DNA of 53,775 nt, the filler included, from Sphacelaria rigidula (taxonomy: Eukaryota): assembly GCA_964200075.2 (NCBI GenBank). It is 4 parts of 4 records of this genome, joined end to end, with 100 filler letters (N's around TTAATTAATTAA, not from the genome) between each part and the next. Parts side by side here need not be neighbours in the genome. Positions count along the whole stretch, not along the records: positions 40,408 to 53,775 come from CAXNAA020002935.1; 3 more parts are not named here. One strand, written 5' to 3'. Positions 47,252-53,775 of this stretch are shown piece by piece; position 1 is the stretch's first letter, and the number at the start of each line of letters is the position of its first letter. The notes below the pieces were generated by a model, which made no database searches, was not told the origin of the DNA, and saw only the letters and a list, made by a program, of their open reading frames with translations. Position numbers and translations under genes: made by a program.

Positions 47252-50200
47252 GTGGAGGGGTCATGGAGCGTGGTCGAATTGCACGTATCACGTCCAAAAT
47301 CGTCCCCAAGACTCGGGTCGAATCCCGGCATCCCGGCATACCTGACACAGCTTCTGCTACCGAACAGCAGCAGTCTGGAGAACCTCGTGGCGTGATGTCG
47401 AGTTCGTTTGATACAACCAATAGCGCACGTTTTGTTTTGCACACCCTGCCGTGCGGGCCTGAATTATTCATGCGGTAGCATGCGCAGGAGAAAAGTAACA
47501 CGGCTAGAGGCCGTGGGCCCATGTGACGTGAGCAGGATCGAAATGTCTAAGCAACATTGCATTCGTACACTCATACTAAATGCGAGAGTTCCATCGACGG
47601 AGCTTGCCAGCAAGTGGTGGACTGCCGTCGGGACGCCAATGGGCTCCAGAGGAATCAGTGCCAGGGAAATGGAGTGTGCGGAAACGTGGATCTTGGCTAA
47701 TGCGGAGAAAAGGTTTTCCAGAGTTGGCCATCTGTGCTCGGCTCTTATCAATGTACTGCAGCTAGTCAGAGAGATCCTAGTGCAACCGCACCCAGTAGTA
47801 GAGCACCTGCACCCCAATATATGACATCGTTCCGTTGGTGCAAGAGGAGTCGTGACACCTTTCTCGGTCTGTATATAGCAGCAACTGCACATAATGCCTC
47901 CCATGCAATGTAATCATACAATATAGATCATTTGCTGGATAGGAGCATGAAGTGCTTGTTTGCAAAGTTCGGAAAGGGCCATTTTCACATCTAAGTCGTA
48001 ATACCTCAAAGCAAAACAAATGTATTTCTTGCTTCTGGGGTCTTTTACCTTGGTACACTGGCTCGACTGGGTCAGTCAAGCTCTATCCCGATTACAAACC
48101 ATTTGGATATCATGAATCCTGAAGTCACTCATCGCCATCGATACGAGGGGCGTCGCAGAACAAATTTTTAGACGTCTTTAGCACAGCGCTGGATTGCTTG
48201 CGGTGTGCAAACGCTTCGGCCGAGCCTGTTTTCGTATTTGTTAGGGATGTACACGTAACACGTTCACGTTACGTTCATCACGTAAAAACAAATAACGTGA
48301 CGTTAACGTTTCATTTGAAAATTTAACGTTACGTTTACGAACTGTTGTGTGTACTATATGTGCTGTCGTGTGAATGACCGAGCATTCGAAAATTGAAAAT
48401 TGAAGGTTGGCAACAAAAAGATGAAACGAGAAGAGGATATATGAAAATAATACGGTCAAAAAGGAATGAACGATACACGGTAGAGAAAGTGACGTTTCAT
48501 AATCAGATAGTGCACCCACGCTCGAAGATAGGATGGGCCACCGTCAGCGTCACGTACACGGTGACGTCACGCGTTACACGACACGCCCTTGAAAACTCGT
48601 AAATGAGCCGCGACAAGCACAGAATGGAACGTTACATTCGAACGTTATATATGTCAACGTAACGTTATACCAGACGTTACACGTTACATGAAACGTGTCA
48701 TATTACGTGGTTCGAACGTTCGGGCAATTTAACGTTCACGTTACGTTACGCATGTCACCTTAAAAAAAATAACGTGACGTTCATCACGTGAAAGAAAAAA
48801 AAGCACGTTACGTTTCGGCCAAAACGTAACGTGTAACAATATGGCACGTGTAACGTGTGTATCCTTGGTATTTTACTCTTTAATCTGTAGCCTCGGGTCT
48901 GGTCCTGCAGCGCCGCGTTGTGATGCTGACAGCAGTGCAGCTATTTCGTGTGCTTCGATAACAAGTATTCGCTTAAGATAGACTGAATTGTGTCCGAAAA
49001 GGTATCCCCTGTGCACAATGGTATGCTTCGATGGCAGGCTCGTCTTTTTGAGGCAGTGCACTTCTCTGAGCTTAGGTCTTCCACGCTCCTGCTCTGCAAG
49101 TCGAGCAAGCGCAACGCCAATCAGGGTTTCATCGATCTGCAGTATTCCTTTAACGAGTATAGAAGAGGCTACAGCTCGACTTGGAAGCGGCTCAGATCAT
49201 CTTCGCTCAGGACGGTGGGGTGCAGCTGTTGATTCCTCGAAATCGAAGGTGACCGCGCTGTCATCGGACGAAAAGGCTGGAGAACGCTGAGGATGAAATT
49301 CCGTTGTGAAAATCAAACCCTTGGAAAGTGAAGTCTGTACTTGCCCGCTTCGACGCGCTCATCCATCCGGCCGGAGGCATGGTTCCACTCCTCATGTAAA
49401 CTATATATGCCGACAATTCGGCAGAGCTGATACACATCGCGGTAAATTTGTTGCAGGAGTGGATGTTTTGAAGGTTGAACTAATTTACTGGCAAATTACT
49501 GTGCTGCAACGCCTCAATGTTTCAGGTCAGGCCGCATTCCTCAACATTTGGCAGATACTCCTTGGTCGTTGAGTGGGACTAGCTTCGGCAGTCCCCAGCT
49601 AACCCGAGAAGAGGAGGATATTCTAGTCGGTGGATCCGTGATGGACGCGTTGTCGACCCAGCTCAGTGGACCTAGGTATGGTGTGGTTTGTGTTACCCAT
49701 TGCGTTACGTATTTATAGAATCTCTGCGAAACACGACAGTCGTTCATTTGAGTATCTGAACGCTATTCATGTCGGGTTTTTTTATATTATGAGCGTGTTC
49801 ATTAACCCGTATACGAAAGCATATTGTAGGTTCGGATCATGGCGATTCAGGGCCAAAGGCACATGCTCAGTCACAAGCAGTTGGGTGGGTCAGAGCATGA
49901 AATGAGTTGACATCCAGGAGTACTGAAACATACGGCAGTAAATCCCCTGCACCGGGGCGCATGACGATCCAAGATGAGGCTACTCAAGAACCACGCCAAA
50001 ACAGTTACTACAGTACTTGAATGCCAATGGCATACTATTGAATCGGTTCTCAAAGCATACATACCTACCTTCCACCTCCGGACGATTTTTTTTTTTTTTA
50101 AATCAGGACCGATGCATCGAGCGGCGCGGTGAGAGTGCATATCATAGAAGACATATGTCCTCCTGCCATGCCAACTTTTTTCGCGGCCAACGGGCGCAAG

Positions 50201-52053
50201 CGCTCGAAACGAGGGCGTGACATCGATGGTATCAGCTATCGAGAAGGAACAACGGCAGCCAAGCCACCCAGAGAGAAACAATTTTACATTTGCCGCGTGC
50301 TGCAGATGGGACCAGCCGTAGGTGCTCGGGCAGTGATTGGGATGACGGCGAGACGGCCGAAGTCGGGAATTCTCAAACTGTTAGCTTTGAACGATCGAAA
50401 GGGCAAAGGAGCTACCGCCATCGAACCCGAGGTCGCGCTCCTTATGGTGAACCTCGCCAAGGCGAGTGGGCTCGTACGGTTCCAAACATATGACAAGATC
50501 CTAAGCCGGACGTTTCAAAGACACAGTTATGTGAAGAGGATGCTGGCATTTTGCAACGCGCATCGCGAAACGCGGCAAGTTTTATAGACGTGATCGAGTG
50601 GTACCTCTTGTCTCATCCTGTGTTGAAATCAATGCGCATGTGCAGCGCAGGTACGATCGGGATCGCTGGTGCTCGATCCCTTTTGCGGCTCTTGCTCGCT
50701 GCTCTTGCCGGCGGCTAAAATGGGTGCGAGAACCTGGGGTGGAGACATCGCTGGTCCAGCAGTGGCTGCTTCTGTCGTCGAAGACGTTTCGAAGATCGCA
50801 CACCGTAGCGCAGAGGCAGGTGCCGGGGTTTGTTACGGTAAAAACGGGACTGGTGATGGAGAATCTCCCGGGAAGATGTGGATTCGCAAGGAAGATGATG
50901 AGATACCGACCGAGACAGGGAGCGATCGGGAGAGTTTGGAGGCCGTGTATGACGACTTTCGAAAGCTGAGACTCAGAGAGCCGCATCTGGTGATGGCAGA
51001 TATTGCCGACGCAGAATCTTCGCTTCGACGACCAGAGTGAGTTTCTACAGTACGGTATCATACGCATATACGTGTACGGTGAGTCTGTTACATGCAAGTT
51101 GACCGTGCTAGTGCTAGGGATCTTCCTTCGTAATGTCGATGGAGGTTGATGTGTTCGTCTCAGATTTGTTTTCCTTTCGATCCTCCAGTTGGTTGTGCTC
51201 GCAGCGGCTCAGAAAATCCAGAGGGTGAACCGTCCTTGTTTGACGGAAACCACCCCACATCGATGCCCAAACTGGTCGTAGTCGCAAAAGCTGTCCGAAA
51301 TAGGCGATCCTATATGTCGTGCCCAGAGTGTTGGTTTAACTCTTGACCTTGCCATCGTGCCTCGATTGTCGTCGATTGTCGATTGTCCTCTCTAACTCCA
51401 TCCCTGTGCCCAGCTTCTACGACGCTATAATCACGGACCCACCGTATAATGTCAAGGAGCCCGTGCAGGTCACTGGTATTCAACATCGTAACAGCACCAC
51501 GGCTTCAAACGCAGCAGAAAGTGCTGCAGAGTATCCGAGGGAAAAGTTGGGTCATGGTGCTCCAAAGCAAGATGATCGCTCCATTCGCGATTCGGCACTG
51601 GCCGGCGACACTTCTCACCAATGCTCGGGAATCGGGCGCACTTATATGCAGTACCAGCGAACGGAGGCGGGCTCCCCTACACCCCTTCGCCCTGCTTCGG
51701 AGAATAGCAACCGTCGTGCAAGCTGGGGGTGCAGCGACGTTCCGAATGCCGCAACGGTTGTGGCGGAAGCAAACCGTTTAGTCGGCGAAGTAGTGCTGTC
51801 ATTACTGTCAGTGGCCAGGTACGCACTCAAGCCAGGAGGGAGGCTGGTGTTTTTTTTGCCTCTTCGCGACGAAGATGCAAGGGTACATGAATTGCCATCC
51901 GCCGTGCGAGAAAAGCTCGAGGAGAGAAGTGTGGGGGAGGGTGACGAGGGAGTAGGGGCCACGCAGTTGTCGATCGTGTACGCTGCCAAGCAGCTTCTTA
52001 CGAGTCCAAACTTGTGCCGATGGTTGGTAGTTTTGGAGAAGGAGGGGATGTAA
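45446..52053 (+). CDS. TRM11: Trm11-like tRNA (guanine-10-N2)-methyltransferase, apparently complete
   Basis: Exons 45446-45777, 46957-47034 (RCVLLHGVFEVWGYG), 49526-49675, 50107-50461 (GATAIEPEVALLMVNLAK), 50651-51036 (VLDPFCGSCSLL..GGDI) and 51414-52053 (DAIITDPPY..LKPGGRLVFFLP..RWLVVLEK*). Phases 2,2,2,0,2 are consistent. An alternative ATG lies at 45413. Confidence 0.88.
46049..46342. mobile_element. Foldback MITE-like inverted repeat
   Basis: aacgttttcgtgagattgagagtaga...gattgagagtga pairs with tcactctcaatc...tctactctcgatcttaccaaaacgtt. Confidence 0.6.
47045..47250 (+). repeat. Poly-G / G-rich low-complexity tract with internal N gap
   Basis: Two long G runs directly after the Trm11 exon-2 donor. 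Confidence 0.85.
48242..48867. mobile_element. ACGT-rich hAT-like MITE
   Basis: TIRs tagggatgtacacgtaacacgt / acgtgtaacgtgtgtatccttg; imperfect 8-bp TSD gtatttgt / gtatttta. Confidence 0.8.
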
Positions 52054-52553
52054 GTGGATGAAGTGCTGCTGAAGCTCGAGTTGACTCCTCAAGTGGGCGG
52101 TAGAAATGTGCTTAAAGCGGGAGTGCACGGATGGTGCGGTAAACTTTCTATTCGAACGCCGATGCGCGGGCTCTTCGGACTGTGACGACCGCGTCGCTCT
52201 ATCCAAAGTGGGCTGGCTCTGTGTGGGTCATGTTGACCTTTGCCGATCACCTAGAAATCGAGAGTAGTCGTACTTGTGTTGGAGCTGAAATGGATGTGTT
52301 GTCTCAAGGCTATGCACGTGAACTCCTTGTGGCTACATCCGGCAAATAATTTATCGCGTCTCTTGGCAAGGGGGATGATCACAACAGCACCAGCAGCGAT
52401 AGGCTCACACGATGACACGATGGCACCCCACCACGCCTTGTGCACCGTACAGTTAAACACACTCGTCGGTGAGATTGTGGAGACCAACTTCGTCGCACAG
52501 CTAGAAATGGACTTCCCTCGACGTACGTGGGCCTTTGACTTCCGGGGGGCGAC

Positions 52554-53655
52554 CTACTTGTAACCCCCCACCCCAATCGGCCCGGCTCCGCCGCCACCGC
52601 CGAGTTGCATGAAGTGCGCGTTGCTGTTGAACTCCATGTAAGTGGTGAATAGCACGTGCATACTCTCGATGAGGTTATCGTACACTGGAATGTCCATTAC
52701 GGCGCACATCTGCCGGACACGACGAAGGTATTGGAACGGGACCAGAAACATGAACGTTAGATCAATTACGGTGTCATCCGCGATGTGTACGGTTTTCTTT
52801 TTGTACTCCCGCAGAGTTCGCTCCTTGTGTGTACGATTCATAGCCGCGCGACACACTTTGCCACATGAATAAGCAACCCCTCCACGGACGGCATTGCACT
52901 TCTAGCCTTACAGACTCCGGTTATCCAACCGACGGCAGATGTATGGATGACGCGAAAAAAACAAAACAAAAAAAGCGACTGTATCTGCGAAGTTGTACGT
53001 GCTTGAATGTTGCGTACCGGCAGATCCCCACACCCAAGTCCTGACCTCCCTCCTACAACCCACCCCAGCCAACCACTGCACGAATGCTTCAACTCCAGGG
53101 CTATATTAGATCCAAAAGTGAGCTGCAGTTGTTACCACACCAATGCTTTGTTAACATTGTTCGTGATTCAGTATGGGATAGATCTGCAGTGAGCATTCTT
53201 CACTATCGTGCAACGGACTTGTGTGGCTGGTCGTGGTGGGGACTAGCGAAGCGGGCGCTCACTCACCATACGAGCGTAGTCCTCGAGAGGCATGTCCAGA
53301 TCCTGGTCCAGCAAATTAGCATTGCTTAAAATTTCCTCAAACTCTGGAGGCCACGCTTCCATCAGCACCTCGATGTCTGGCATGTTTTTTTTGTAATGCA
53401 CCTGAAGCGGGGGGAAACAGTGAGAACCAAAATTTTTCTTGCATCAATATAGGCACCGGGGGCGTGGTTTTACTTCCAAACGACCAGCTACGCCACCAAA
53501 CTTAGCGACGGCCACATCACTCCTATCATCACCAGTGCTCTTCTGATGTTTTGTTTTGTCGAACCTGCGGCGGTGGCTTGGTCCGGTGTAAATCATCAAT
53601 GCTTTGAATCCATTTGTCGATCTCGGCGGGGTTCTTGTGAGCGTGCTCGATCGAC
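52554..53655 (-). CDS. IFT46: Intraflagellar transport protein 46, last three exons
   Basis: Exons 53655-53565 (SIEHAHKNPAEIDKWIQSIDDLHRTKPPPQ), 53401-53267 (VHYKKNMPDIEVLMEAWPPEFEE) and 52709-52554 (MCAVMDIPVYDNLIESMHVLFTTYMEFNSNAHF..*). GT-AG introns, phase-consistent. Confidence 0.95.
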
Positions 53656-53775
53656 CTGTTGTTTCGTTTGGAGGAAAGGCAAACGGGACGCAAGTCTCAC
53701 TGTCAATCGTTCAAGGGTCTGACAAATAATGATTCGTCTGGAAATTACTTGGTTTTAGTATGATGAGTCGACTCG

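Noticed and set aside
46780..47522. Poly-Pro / poly-Gly ORFs
   Set aside because: Translations of the intronic G-tract, spanning an N gap.
47536..47712. In-frame phase-2/2 cassette exon candidate in the Trm11-like intron
   Set aside because: Weak acceptor and donor, no Trm11 similarity, and the flanking exons join well without it.
27401..53655. Apparent clustering of flagellar genes CFAP54 and IFT46
   Set aside because: They are on different contigs; the co-occurrence comes from size sorting.

Overview
Intron-rich eukaryotic genomic DNA, most likely a brown alga or related stramenopile. This is inferred from short exons in long repeat-filled introns, flagellar genes and the repeat style. 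The window is not one locus: it is four unrelated contigs (1-13370, 13471-26839, 26940-40307, 40408-53775; lengths 13370/13369/13368/13368) joined by 100-nt N44-TTAATTAATTAA-N44 linkers. Contig 1 holds the last exon of a mercuric-reductase-like flavoprotein disulfide reductase, then TE remnants and an unusual hairpin/direct-repeat rearrangement. Contig 2 holds three exons of a class-3 lipase (PLA1-like) with nested DNA-transposon derivatives in the introns. Contig 3 holds two CFAP54-like exons (+) and 12 exons of an ACSBG-type acyl-CoA synthetase (-). Contig 4 holds a short bacterial-type flavin amine oxidase (-), head-to-head with an apparently complete Trm11-like tRNA methyltransferase (+), followed by the 3' exons of IFT46 (-). 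The best leads are (i) two families of C-tailed non-LTR retroelement ends that share an ATGAGTAC(G/A)CCCCC terminus and appear to target C-tracts, (ii) a 152-bp-arm hairpin derived from coding-like sequence, (iii) possible nesting of ACSBG inside CFAP54, (iv) a Trm11-like protein with a presequence-like extension, and (v) composite or module-swapping hAT elements. All family assignments come from motifs read by eye; no searches were run.
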